A stretch of 64,000 bases of DNA. It comes from an uncultured delta proteobacterium (GTDB lineage Bacteria > Desulfobacterota > Binatia > Binatales > Binataceae). Positions within the stretch are counted from its first letter, which is position 1; every line of letters begins with the position of its first letter. The stretch lies in assembly GCA_963810495.1 (NCBI GenBank), contig CAWENP010000001.1:72990-136989 (forward strand). The letters run 5' to 3'. Below are positions 10,347 to 19,546 of this stretch, piece after piece. The translations under genes and the position numbers were made by a program. Below the pieces are notes generated by a model. The model was not told where the DNA came from. It saw only the letters and a program-made list of their open reading frames with translations, and ran no database searches.

Positions 10347-10791
10347 TCATGCCGACTCTCCGTTCCGGCTCGCGCCGCTCTTCGGCGCTGGCGCTGACTG
10401 TTCCATCCGTTTCAGCGTCTCCTCGACCTCTGCGCGCCATCCGCGATGGCGGCGCTGGCCGGAAGCGAGGGCTTGCTTGCGTTGCGCTTCGGGGATTTCC
10501 GCCAGATGGCTCAACATGCTCAGAGCGAACTGATCGATCATGGCAAGCAGCGTGGTGAGCTGGTGGGCGACCGGTTTCAGGGTTTCCGCACGCGGAAACA
10601 CGACTGGCCTGGATGATTCGCTTTTCAGCTGAGGCGAGCGCGGCGTCCGAGAAAGTCAGCCCCGAACCGCCATCAGCTTGAAAGAGACGCTCCTTCACGT
10701 ATCGCGACAGCGTGATGCCGCGCTCGTCGGCTTCGTCGCGCAGCCGATGAAATTCTTCTTCGCTCAGGTAAGCGGTGAGTTGTCGCCTCAC
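10347..10791 (-). CDS. ribbon-helix-helix (CopG-family) protein of the transfer operon; body continues in a second frame (frameshift ~10580-10605)
   Basis: MRRQLTAYLSEEEFHRLRDEADERGITLSRYVKERL (RHH) in one frame; plausible continuation KPVAHQLTTLLAMIDQFALSMLSHLAEIPEAQRKQ in ORF 10347..10601. Confidence 0.45.
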
Positions 10792-11022
10792 AGTAGTCTC
10801 TCCTTGGCGTCCTGGCTGCTCGCCCTATCGTCGGAGCCGTCTTTGTTTTCGATAGCGAATCTAAGGAACGAGAGTTGCTTGCCGGGTTGCGATTTTGCGG
10901 CGGGTTCCTTCGCAGCAATCACCGCCGGCGCGAGCGTCTCGGGAATGGTCGTTGCGCCTTCGCTCTGCGGCTCGACTTGTGCGACGGTCTCGACCTCCGG
11001 CTCTTTGTCGCGCTCGATTCGA

Positions 11023-12885
11023 TCACTCGCGTCGGGCGGCTTGATTGCCGACAGCCGTCTGAAGTACCGCTGCTTGTGGTATGTGAGCAACGGCGCTCGG
11101 ATGGGGTGCTGGCCGCGCGCGAAAATCAGCACCTCGTCCACGGCCATGCATCGCGCCTCGTCCGGGGTCATCAAGGGCCGCGCCCGTCTCCGGTTCCGAG
11201 ATGCTGGCGCCGCCCCCGGATTGTGTGCGATACGCGTGGCGAACGCTGGTCTGGCCGACCAGCCGGGAAATCTCTTCGGCACTGTCGATGTTGTTGGGCG
11301 TGAACCTGACCATGCTGTCGCAGTTGTCGGTGATCGACTCGTTGGTGCCGTAAAACTTGTAGATCTGGCTCAGGCTCTGCACCGCCAGGCAGGCACGCAC
11401 GCCGAATCCGGCCATGTGGCTCATCGCCTCGGCAAACGGCTCGAAGTGCTGGAGCAAGGCGAACTCGTCGAGCATCAGGAGCATCGGGCGGCGGTGCGGC
11501 GACACGGGGCGGCCGTCTTTGTACGCGAGCTTTGCCGTCAGCCGCCCAACGATCTGATTGATCATCAGTCTCATCAGGGGCCTGAGCCGGTTGCGGTGTT
11601 CGTGAGGCACGTTCAGGTAGAGCGATGCCGGGTGCTGGTGATTAACAAGATCATCGATCCTGAACTCTGAATACTCGGTTGCGGCGGCAATGAGCGGGTC
11701 GCGGTACAGCGGCAGCCGCCTGACTACTTCGCCCACCACGCCGCTTCGCTCTTTTTCGGCTTTGTTCAGCACCTCTCTCATGCTCTCGGCGACGCTCGGA
11801 TGGGTACGAGTCGGCTCGCCGCGCGAGGTCCGCCAGCCCATCGCCCCGGCAGGATCGTGCTCCGCCGTCATCATCCGGTTGATGGTCTCGTCGATGGGCG
11901 AGGATGGATCGCTCAAAAGCCCGACGAGGCCGCGCAGAGTCTTGGCTGGCTCGACATACAGGATGTGGAGGATGGCTCCGGTTAGGAGCGCCATACCGGC
12001 CGCGACCCAGTAATTGTCGTTTCCGAAGCCGCGGCCATCGGGGTCGACCAGCATCTGCACGATGTTCTGCACGTCGGCGGTTTCATACGGGGTCCTGAGG
12101 CGCACCTCTTCCAGCGGGTTGTACTTGACGCCGGGATCGTCCGGATTGGTCGGATTGAATCTGAAGCACAGATGGCCCATCCGTTTGCGCGCCCCGGCGG
12201 TCACCTTCCAGAGTTCTTCCTTGAAGTCGTGGACGAGCGCCGAGTGTCGCCACGTGAGCAGGGTTGGAACCATCGTGTTGACGCCCTTGCCGGCGCGGGT
12301 CGGCGCCTCGATCAGGACGTGTCCGGGGCCGCAGTCGCGCAGATAATGGAGTCTGCCGTGAACGCGCCACGCGCCCAGATAGATTCCGTCGCGAGGTTCG
12401 AGCGGCTTGAGCTTGCCCGCGTGTTCCAGCCGTTCGGCGAAGCCAGCGCGGCAGGTAACTCGGCGGAGCCAGGAACCCGGTCGCGCGCACGTCGCGTGTG
12501 TTGGCCCATCGCGCCGAACCATGCAGGTCGGGCGTGCTATCGGCGAGCCACCACGCGCGAGGTTGATTGCGCCCGCCGCGATCGCGGCGGCCACGAGCAA
12601 CGGTAGCGCCGCCTCGCGCGCGCACAGATCCCAAACCGGTTGCAGCTGCATCGCGCCGTGCCATCGCGTCCACCAGACGATCCATTCCCATGGAGCGTAT
12701 AACCTGCCGGCAAGATTTGGCCCGAGCGCCCGCGCATAACCAAGCATCCGCGCGGCGCGCTCTGTCACCCACCAGTTGATGACCAGCGCCGCCGCCGCGA
12801 AGCTCGCTACGCTGATGAACTTGACCTGGTCGAGGCGCGCCTTCGCGGACCTGTTCGCGACCCGGTAGGGACGATATTCCGCCAT
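11023..12885 (-). CDS. traG: TraG/VirD4 type IV coupling protein; the conserved HGSARWA motif sits in an alternate frame (12487-12538), implying two compensating frameshifts
   Basis: IYLGAWRVHGRLHYLRDCGPGHVLIEAPTRAGKGVNTMVPTLLTW and LLMLDEFALL in the main frame; TPDLHGSARWANTRDVRATGFLAP in ORF 12083..12772. Confidence 0.8.
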   Translation of the reverse strand: MAEYRPYRVANRSAKARLDQVKFISVASFAAAALVINWWVTERAARMLGYARALGPNLAGRLYAPWEWIVWWTRWHGAMQLQPVWDLCAREAALPLLVAAAIAAGAINLARGGSPIARPTCMVRRDGPTHATCARPGSWLRRVTCRAGFAERLEHAGKLKPLEPRDGIYLGAWRVHGRLHYLRDCGPGHVLIEAPTRAGKGVNTMVPTLLTWRHSALVHDFKEELWKVTAGARKRMGHLCFRFNPTNPDDPGVKYNPLEEVRLRTPYETADVQNIVQMLVDPDGRGFGNDNYWVAAGMALLTGAILHILYVEPAKTLRGLVGLLSDPSSPIDETINRMMTAEHDPAGAMGWRTSRGEPTRTHPSVAESMREVLNKAEKERSGVVGEVVRRLPLYRDPLIAAATEYSEFRIDDLVNHQHPASLYLNVPHEHRNRLRPLMRLMINQIVGRLTAKLAYKDGRPVSPHRRPMLLMLDEFALLQHFEPFAEAMSHMAGFGVRACLAVQSLSQIYKFYGTNESITDNCDSMVRFTPNNIDSAEEISRLVGQTSVRHAYRTQSGGGASISEPETGAALDDPGRGAMHGRGRGADFRARPAPHPSAVAHIPQAAVLQTAVGNQAARRE

Positions 12886-12890
12886 GACGA

Positions 12891-13901
12891 CTACCTCTCC
12901 AGCCCGCGCTCTACGCTCATTTGCCGCTGGCGGTCGCGGGCGCGGGTCTTGATCACGTCATTGGATTGCTGGCGGTCGCGAAGCTCGCGCTCATGGTTTT
13001 CGGAAAGCTGCCATGACCGTTCGTCGATCCGCTGCGCCAGTCCGAGCCCGGTGAGGTAATTGAGCCGATCTATCTCCTGCTCGGCTCGAATCCGAGGCCC
13101 CTCATTGAGTGGTTGGAACTGGTCGTATGTGACGATGCCGTTCGCATCAGCCTTTCTCTGCAAGGCGCGGTCGATCTCGGTCCACTGCTCGCGTCTGACC
13201 ACGCGTTCACGTGCCCGCAGCATCTCCGGCTCCAGACGCGGACCCAGTTCGCGCGTCGCGATCTCCTGGCTGCGGATACGAATGCCCGAGCGCAAATACT
13301 CGCGGTTGATCTCCAGTGGCCTGCCATTCTCCCGAACGCCACGGACCAGCAGATGAACATGCGCGTCGTCCGTGTTGTGATGATCGATCGCGACCCACTC
13401 CAACTTTGTGTCGAGGTCGCGTCCCATCCGACTAACCAGTTCCCGCACATGTTCGCGAAGGTTTAGACGGTCCGCGTCTTCGGGGGACACAATGAAGCGC
13501 CACATCAGCTCGTCGCTCTTTTCCCAGTCTCTGACTGTGGCGAGCATGTCGATTTCCTCGCGCTCCGCGTCGAACCCCAACCCCTTGGCAAATTCCTGTT
13601 GAGCGCCGGGGCGCGCGAGGTAGCGAGCGTGCGCTGCCCACGCACCGCTGCGGCGGTTGCGCGAGAATGACGCCTTGACCACGCTGCGCCGCGCGTATGC
13701 CGGTGGTTCTGAGACGCGAACTCGCGCCGCGCGCATCCCGCTCAGACTTCCGCTCGGCTGCTGATGGCGGAGACCCCGTCGCATGCCCATCCGCCCCAGT
13801 GCGCGCGCCCACCACGGCACGAGTTTGCGCGGACGCTCCGCATGCTCGTGGCGAAGCTTGATATCCACCTCCCTCTGTCGCAGGAACCTAGGCCGTTTCA
13901 T
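12891..13901 (-). CDS. conjugative relaxase (HUH relaxase/mobilisation nuclease, VirD2-like, DUF3363-type N-terminus); 336 aa, possibly C-terminally short
   Basis: AHARYLARPG...LEWVAIDHHNTDDAHVHLLVRG (HUH motif)...REYLRSGIRIRSQEIATRELGP; directly upstream of traG. Confidence 0.7.
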   Translation of the reverse strand: MKRPRFLRQREVDIKLRHEHAERPRKLVPWWARALGRMGMRRGLRHQQPSGSLSGMRAARVRVSEPPAYARRSVVKASFSRNRRSGAWAAHARYLARPGAQQEFAKGLGFDAEREEIDMLATVRDWEKSDELMWRFIVSPEDADRLNLREHVRELVSRMGRDLDTKLEWVAIDHHNTDDAHVHLLVRGVRENGRPLEINREYLRSGIRIRSQEIATRELGPRLEPEMLRARERVVRREQWTEIDRALQRKADANGIVTYDQFQPLNEGPRIRAEQEIDRLNYLTGLGLAQRIDERSWQLSENHERELRDRQQSNDVIKTRARDRQRQMSVERGLER

Positions 13902-14298
13902 CGCACACCTCGGTCAATGCCTCGCTGAGGGCTAGTACCAGCTTGGTCGGATTCTCCGGTGTCTGTCCGCCAAGCGCCTCGATGATCTCGCGCACCTGCC
14001 CGCTGCTGAGCGTGATCGCATGGAGATCCTGTGCGCGCCGCCATGACTTCCACGCGCGCTTGCCGGTCGCCCGTTCGTCGAGTTTCTTGCGCCCGATTGT
14101 CGCAACGAGTGCGCGCTGCGAAGTCGTAAGTTTGGTGGCTTCCTGCGCGACGCTCAGTAATGCGCCCAGCAAAAAGTCCGGCGGCTCCAGATCGAGCCCC
14201 GCCAGTGCGATCAGTCCACCGAGGTTGGCGAGATGATGCACACGGAGCCCTTGCTCAGGGCTGTGACTGTCGCCATTGCCGTTACCGTTGCTGCTCAT
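13888..14298 (-). CDS. hypothetical protein between traF and relaxase (candidate relaxosome accessory protein)
   Basis: ATG at 14298, 5 nt after the traF stop; 136 aa MSSNGNGNG...; no recognisable motif. Confidence 0.4.
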   Translation of the reverse strand: MSSNGNGNGDSHSPEQGLRVHHLANLGGLIALAGLDLEPPDFLLGALLSVAQEATKLTTSQRALVATIGRKKLDERATGKRAWKSWRRAQDLHAITLSSGQVREIIEALGGQTPENPTKLVLALSEALTEVCDETA

Positions 14299-14303
14299 GG
14301 CAT

Positions 14304-14909
14304 TCACCACACGACGACCGGTTTGATCTCGCCGCGTACGTTGGCGAGCGGAACCGGGCCGAAGTAGCGCGAGTCCCAACTCCGGCGATCGTTAAAACCG
14401 AACAACCACACCTGGCCAACCGCGACTCGATGGCTGCCCCACGCGACATGAGGAAGTGGACGGCCCGCGCTGTCGTGCGTTGCGACGGCGCAGCGTTTGA
14501 AACGCACGCCGTTGACTGCGACCCATCCGGGTTGGATCACGACAACGTCCCCGGCAAGAGCGCCTACGATCTTGCCAACCGGCTCCGCGTTACCAACGCA
14601 CGCGCCGGTGCGCAGATATCCGTGGGCCAGACCTTCCTGGGCGAGCGCAATCGGCAGGCAGGCAACGACCAGATCGCCACGTTGGAATTTCCCGGAGACA
14701 ACGCGATAGACCCCGACGGGAGCGGCACTGTCGGTGTCCGAAATCAGCACGCCGAACGCATTGCCGACCGCGATCAGGACCGCTACTGCAATCGCAATTC
14801 CGGCCATCGCCCCGATGGGTCCGCGCGCACCTTCCAGACGCTGTAAATGCAGGCGCTGAGCAAGCGATCCGGCGGGGTTTTCTGCCGTGCTGCACAGTGT
14901 GCCGCTCAT
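14304..14909 (-). CDS. traF: TraF-type conjugative signal peptidase (S26 family)
   Basis: Signal-peptidase I-like WDSRYFGP motif; N-terminal TM segment; position next to the relaxase as in Ti/ICE tra modules. Confidence 0.7.
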   Translation of the reverse strand: MSGTLCSTAENPAGSLAQRLHLQRLEGARGPIGAMAGIAIAVAVLIAVGNAFGVLISDTDSAAPVGVYRVVSGKFQRGDLVVACLPIALAQEGLAHGYLRTGACVGNAEPVGKIVGALAGDVVVIQPGWVAVNGVRFKRCAVATHDSAGRPLPHVAWGSHRVAVGQVWLFGFNDRRSWDSRYFGPVPLANVRGEIKPVVVW

Positions 14910-15087
14910 GACCGCCTCCGAGGGGGAAAGGCCGCGAGTTCGTTGGAGAATCCGCCGAAAATGCCGCGCCGTACCGCAGGTCCTTTATCTTGCTCTACGA
15001 ACGACCGGCCTTCCCCCCTCTCCAACTCGACCTCCAAATCCCCTCTTTCCGCGCGCCGCAAAGCGGCGGAGAAATTCCCGAAAATCC

Positions 15088-15333
15088 TCACTGCACTTTC
15101 TCCGCAGAAGGCTCGCTTGCGCGGCCATTCAGTTTCCGGCCCGGACGAGGCGCACCTTCGAGCTCGGCCTTGATCTGTTTGCAGAGCCGCCACATCGCCG
15201 CCGTAATCGTCTCGCCCAGATCGAAGCCGGCGTCTTCGGCCCGGCTGCGTAGTTGGTCGATCTCCCGTTTGAGCGCAGCTGGCAGCTTGAAGGTGATCGC
15301 TTCGCTTTCCTGTTTGCGTTTGAGAACTCCCAT
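15088..15333 (-). CDS. small ribbon-helix-helix-like DNA-binding protein
   Basis: 81 aa MGVLKRKQESEAITFKLPAALKREIDQLRSRAEDAGFDLGETITAAMWRL (beta-strand, two helices); ATG at 15333. Confidence 0.4.
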   Translation of the reverse strand: MGVLKRKQESEAITFKLPAALKREIDQLRSRAEDAGFDLGETITAAMWRLCKQIKAELEGAPRPGRKLNGRASEPSAEKVQ

Positions 15334-15365
15334 CGCACTTCTCCTTGAAAAATTGGATTGCGGAT

Positions 15366-16502
15366 TTACTTCCCGTAGGGGCCGGGGAATACGAGGTCCT
15401 GGGTGATCATCACGTCGAACTGATAGCCCGGCCGGATTTCGATCGTTGGCGGCCGATTCAATCCCTGCCCCATCATCTGCTGACCCAGCGCACCGAATTG
15501 TCCCGAGGCGGCTGAACCCGCCGTCTGGCTCGCCATCGCCCACTGATTCGGTTGGTAGTAACCGTACGGTCCGTATGTGCCACCGCCTCCGAGCGTCGCC
15601 ATCTGGCCGACCGCCTGTCCGGCGCTGATCAGGCTCATCACGGCGGCAGTTCCAAACGTTGCAAGGTAATGGTGGTCGACCTGATCGGAGAAGCCGGCGT
15701 AACCGCTCTGATCGGCCCCCGGCATCATTGGCAGATTCATGCTGGCGGTGTTGGGAAAGATGAGACGCTGCCACGCGATCTGAACGCGCTGCTGGCCGTA
15801 TGAAGACGCGTTCTGATAGGCGCCGATGAGGCGACTCCCCTGCGGGATCAGAACCGATCTGCCGGTCGCGCTGTCGAGAACGTTCTGGCTGACCTGCGCG
15901 AGAATCGGTCCGGGCAGATCCGAATTGATGCCGCTGATCAGGACTGCCGGAAGAATGCTTCCCGCCATCACCGTATACGGCGAAGCTGCGGGATGAACGC
16001 TTATCGCCGGGTTGTTCTGATCACCGGAAATATACGAGTCGGCCTGTTGTCCTTTAGCGCTCGCGATCTCGAGTGTTCCGCCACTATGAAACGCCTGCAC
16101 CATCTCCGGCGATTCGAGCGCCTTCATGTACTTCTCTTCGGCCCATTGCGCATACCGGCTGGGAGGCTTCGGCGCGCTCGGCTGAACCGGCGCCTGGGAG
16201 ATCGGCAGGGCCGGTATCGGCATGACCGTCGGTGCCGCGTGGGGCAGTGCGCCATGAGCCGCGAGGTCCTCGATTTCGCCGCGATCTCGGGCTGCCGAGC
16301 CTGGGTCATCCGCCAATTTCTGGGAAGCGGAACTTTGACTGTTTCCCGAGGACTGGACACCGAGTGCAAGCGCCACTCCTCCGACCATCGCGACCGCGAC
16401 GAAAACAACGCCGAGAAGGCGATTGAACCGGCCGCCCCCGAGGTGCTCCTGTTCCTGCTCTTCCTGTTCCTGAATCACTTCTGCGGTTGCCATGGCTGTC
16501 AC
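15366..16502 (-). CDS. trbI: TrbI/VirB10 conjugal transfer protein
   Basis: N-terminal TM, Pro-rich linker, C-terminal IPQGSRLIGAY...RVQIAWQRLIFPN...GYQFDVMITQDLVF (VirB10 signature). Confidence 0.8.
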   Translation of the reverse strand: MTAMATAEVIQEQEEQEQEHLGGGRFNRLLGVVFVAVAMVGGVALALGVQSSGNSQSSASQKLADDPGSAARDRGEIEDLAAHGALPHAAPTVMPIPALPISQAPVQPSAPKPPSRYAQWAEEKYMKALESPEMVQAFHSGGTLEIASAKGQQADSYISGDQNNPAISVHPAASPYTVMAGSILPAVLISGINSDLPGPILAQVSQNVLDSATGRSVLIPQGSRLIGAYQNASSYGQQRVQIAWQRLIFPNTASMNLPMMPGADQSGYAGFSDQVDHHYLATFGTAAVMSLISAGQAVGQMATLGGGGTYGPYGYYQPNQWAMASQTAGSAASGQFGALGQQMMGQGLNRPPTIEIRPGYQFDVMITQDLVFPGPYGK

Positions 16503-17446
16503 CTCGCTCCGCCCGCATAGGAGATGGTCACGCGGTCCTGATCGCGGCCGACGCCCGAGACCAAAATCGCGTCGCTGAAGAGCCGGTCGACGACGTAGTA
16601 ATTTCCCTTGACCCGGTAGTTCACCATCTGGGTTCCGCTGCCTGCGTTGATGAGCAGCGCGGGAGCTTCGCTCGACTTCATTCCGGCCGGCATCTGCACA
16701 TACACGTGAGAGCCGTCATCGAAGGCACGAATCGGCTTCCACGGAATGTTTGGCCCTGCGACGGTGTAGGCGAAGTTGAGCTGTGCCGGATCGACCGCTG
16801 CGACCTTCACGACGTTGTCGGAATCACCCGGCGGATCGACCGCTTCCTGCTTGGCCCTCGATGCGGCTGCGTCGGTAGCTTCCATCGCCGTGGTCAGCTC
16901 CTCGGGGTAGTAGAACTCCACCTCCTGCATCGCGCGTCCGCGCGACCGGAGCAGCAGGTGGTAAATGTGCTTCGTCGTGTAGATCGTCAGGTTGGTTTCG
17001 ATACCGGGAATCTGCGGCTTCACCGCCAGGTGAGGGACGGCATTGCGCGGGTCGCCAGAGGCGGCCGGCGTCGCCATCCAGCGTTCCGTATCTCCCAGCG
17101 CAACATCGGTAATCGTCTCTCCCGGCTGCAGCTGGATGTCGGTGGTGCGCAGTGGCGCGCAATCGACCGCCGGCTCCGGTTTTTGGTTGTAGGGATAGAG
17201 CGTGTACTCGGCCGTTCGGTAGACCGGCCATTTGCCGCCTTGCTGATGCTCCTTGATCGCAGCCTGCACCTCGGCTGGCTGCTGGGCGAGCAGTTGCGCT
17301 CCGGTCGGCGGTGGTGGCGTCGCGGACGACTCCGCCGGGGCCTCTGTTACGATTTTCAGTGGCGGCGGCGTGGATGCTTGTTGCTGACTCGCGCATGCAC
17401 TCAAGAAGAGTGCGAACGTCATCGTGGCAGCTGCCATAAGCTTCAT
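16499..17446 (-). CDS. trbG: TrbG/VirB9 conjugal transfer protein
   Basis: Signal peptide/lipobox (LSACAS), VirB9-like beta-rich body; overlaps the trbI start by 4 nt. Confidence 0.8.
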   Translation of the reverse strand: MKLMAAATMTFALFLSACASQQQASTPPPLKIVTEAPAESSATPPPPTGAQLLAQQPAEVQAAIKEHQQGGKWPVYRTAEYTLYPYNQKPEPAVDCAPLRTTDIQLQPGETITDVALGDTERWMATPAASGDPRNAVPHLAVKPQIPGIETNLTIYTTKHIYHLLLRSRGRAMQEVEFYYPEELTTAMEATDAAASRAKQEAVDPPGDSDNVVKVAAVDPAQLNFAYTVAGPNIPWKPIRAFDDGSHVYVQMPAGMKSSEAPALLINAGSGTQMVNYRVKGNYYVVDRLFSDAILVSGVGRDQDRVTISYAGGAR

Positions 17447-17470
17447 CGCTCTTCCTCCCTTGTGGCCGGA

Positions 17471-18139
17471 CTATCCCTGCTGCTCGGTCCAGCTGATTTG
17501 CGTCACGTAAAATCCGAGCGGATTGCTGATGATCGCGGCGTCGGAATTGGGCGGGACGATCTGCGTCTGGAGTACCGCCTCCCAGTGCGTGGGCGCTCCG
17601 ATAACGACTCCGTTGAGATCGCGTTGCTGCTCCGACCAGCGCACCTGGTAGCTGCTGGGCGAGAGCTGAAGGATCGAATCGATCTGGATCGAAACGGTCT
17701 GCTTCTCCGCGAGCTTGAAGGGGTTACGAGTGAAGCCGTCGGAGTGGTAGTAGGCGTCGAGAAATCTGTCCGCCGCGCCGCGCGCATGCGCGAGCAGCGA
17801 ATTGAGCATCTGATGTTCGACCTGCGAATCGCTGGTGACCGATCGTGCATTGCGAATAAAGGCCGCGACCTCGTAACGCTGCATTCGCGCGGTTACATCG
17901 GGCACGGACGTGGGAGTGAGCGGCTGGGGAACGGTCAGCGCATATCCGAGTTTGTCGACTTCGACGACATAGGGAATGTAGCGGCTTCGGCTGATGAGCC
18001 AGACCATCCCGCTGGCGAGAATCAGCGAGAGCAGAAGCAGCCCGCCGGCCGCTATCTGCCAGTTGCGTTTGCCGAGAACGAGATCGGCGTAACGCTCATC
18101 CCATTCACGACGCGCTTCGACGTAAGGATTTGCGGCCAT
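17471..18139 (-). CDS. trbF: TrbF/VirB8 conjugal transfer protein
   Basis: MAANPYVEARREWDERYADLVLGKRNWQIAA..TM..NTF2-like body typical of TrbF. Confidence 0.75.
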   Translation of the reverse strand: MAANPYVEARREWDERYADLVLGKRNWQIAAGGLLLLSLILASGMVWLISRSRYIPYVVEVDKLGYALTVPQPLTPTSVPDVTARMQRYEVAAFIRNARSVTSDSQVEHQMLNSLLAHARGAADRFLDAYYHSDGFTRNPFKLAEKQTVSIQIDSILQLSPSSYQVRWSEQQRDLNGVVIGAPTHWEAVLQTQIVPPNSDAAIISNPLGFYVTQISWTEQQG

Positions 18140-18330
18140 ACGACGAACACTCCTCGGACGGCCCAGTGACGGCCCGTCCTCTGTCCGTAGATTGTCCGCA
18201 CTTTGTCCGAGAACTCTTCGCGACAGGTTCCAAAAGACCCCGAAGCGAAGTGCGCGAAATCTTGATATTTATTGGGGATTCTCGGTTTGGCTTGGAGCCT
18301 GTGGCAGCATGGAACCGAATGGCATTCAGG

Positions 18331-18363
18331 AGGTCGCGCGTTCGATCCGCGTCAGCTCCACCA
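18331..18363 (+). other. tRNA 3'-end-like fragment (variable loop AGGTC, T-arm GCGCG-TTCGATC-CGCGT, acceptor 3' strand, discriminator, CCA); a 5' half could not be folded, so a candidate att-site remnant rather than a tRNA gene
   Basis: aggtcgcgcgttcgatccgcgtcagctccacca; opposite-strand translation gives the tell-tale LVELTRIERATS. Confidence 0.35.
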
Positions 18364-18645
18364 ATAAAATCAGGCATTTACGGCGATTTGAGGGCGACCG
18401 AAATCGGTTAGAAATGCAAGATGTATGCAGGCGACGACCCCCAGTCGCGTCGCCTTTAGCTCCGTAATTGAGCCTCCGTCTATGCCGGCTATGCCGGTGC
18501 CACGATTTCCCAAAGCCCAAAGTTCTACTGCTGGGGCTCGTCGAGCAAATCGTCTATCGCTACAAAACAGACCGACAAGACCGAGTGCGAAACAATACGT
18601 TCCACCTATCGCGAGTATTCACGGCACAGACGGAAATAGCCAAGT

Positions 18646-18960
18646 ATGAGAATGTCGCGCTATTGGAATCGTCTTAAGAGATGGTGGTACCGACAATCCG
18701 GCTCAGAAAGGTTGATGGTCAGTTTTCAGGCTGTCATCGCCTTGGCGACCATTGTCGCTCTTCTTCAATGGAGTGCGTTGCGTAAAGCCAACGATCTGGC
18801 GCGACGGAACTTCGAGGCGAGTGAACGGGCCGCTGTCAATCTTGGCGGCCCTGACGGAACGCTTGCGGAGTTGAAAGAACAGGATGGAGAGAAAGCAATC
18901 TTGCTTCACTTTTTCAATTCCGGCAAGAGCGTAGCAAAACGCGTGTCGATTAATGCTTAG
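18646..18960 (+). CDS. hypothetical small membrane protein (low-GC island)
   Basis: 104-aa ORF with one TM segment; ~50% GC. Confidence 0.3.
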   Translation: MRMSRYWNRLKRWWYRQSGSERLMVSFQAVIALATIVALLQWSALRKANDLARRNFEASERAAVNLGGPDGTLAELKEQDGEKAILLHFFNSGKSVAKRVSINA

Positions 18961-19153
18961 ACCGATCCACAACACCCACCTCCCCTGCAACATCTGAGCA
19001 GATATCAAGTCACGATGGTTCCACCGGGTATGAATGCTGTGGTCAGCAATCCAGTCTCATTCGAAATGGAGTTGAAGTAAAAGTTGTGGTCAGTTTTCCT
19101 ACATTGACGAAGTTCCCGAATATCGACTTCCATCTGCCGACCGCCTTGCGGCA

Positions 19154-19546
19154 ATGATAAAGCCGCCCAAGGGACCACCGGGACCGCTCCCGGAACGGCT
19201 CGAAGTAGACGGCGAAATCGAGTATTGTGATCTTTTCGGTGAATATCACTGCGAAGCATTCACACTACAGTATATACTGCCTCCAGTCGGTCGCTTTCTT
19301 CAAGCAGTGAACATTGGGCACTGTGGACTGGACGCGCCCATCTGGAAAAGCACTCCGCAAGGCGGAGCCGCTATTAGAGCTTTCATGGCAAAATTCGGCA
19401 ATGTAACATTCCAAGCCCCCATTGCTCGGTGTCCTCGGCCCGGTGATTTAGACGAGCAATGGGAAGAACAAGAGGGCCCATATCAAATAACGCCCTCTTT
19501 CCCGTTTCCATTCAGGCCCTCCGCCACTAAAAAGGGTTCCGACTGA
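19154..19546 (+). CDS. hypothetical protein (low-GC island)
   Basis: 130-aa ORF, Cys/His-containing, no recognisable family. Confidence 0.3.
   Translation: MIKPPKGPPGPLPERLEVDGEIEYCDLFGEYHCEAFTLQYILPPVGRFLQAVNIGHCGLDAPIWKSTPQGGAAIRAFMAKFGNVTFQAPIARCPRPGDLDEQWEEQEGPYQITPSFPFPFRPSATKKGSD

Larger units (their letters stand above)
1376..18363 (-). mobile_element. conjugative element backbone (ICE/plasmid-derived P-type T4SS + relaxase + coupling protein + primase + ArdC); left boundary lies outside the window; many genes frameshifted
   Basis: Contiguous co-directional tra/trb genes, IS remnant, tRNA-like fragment at the right edge. Confidence 0.6.

Noticed and set aside
16487-18169. 560-aa plus-strand ORF
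   Set aside because: Entirely antisense to TrbG and TrbF. It has the R/G/H-rich composition typical of an out-of-frame read through GC-rich coding DNA and no motif.
18291-18363. complete tRNA gene
   Set aside because: Only the variable loop, T-arm and acceptor 3' strand fold. No acceptable D-arm or anticodon arm or 5' acceptor strand (GGAGCCT versus CAGCTCC gives 2 mismatches) was found, so it is reported as a fragment only.
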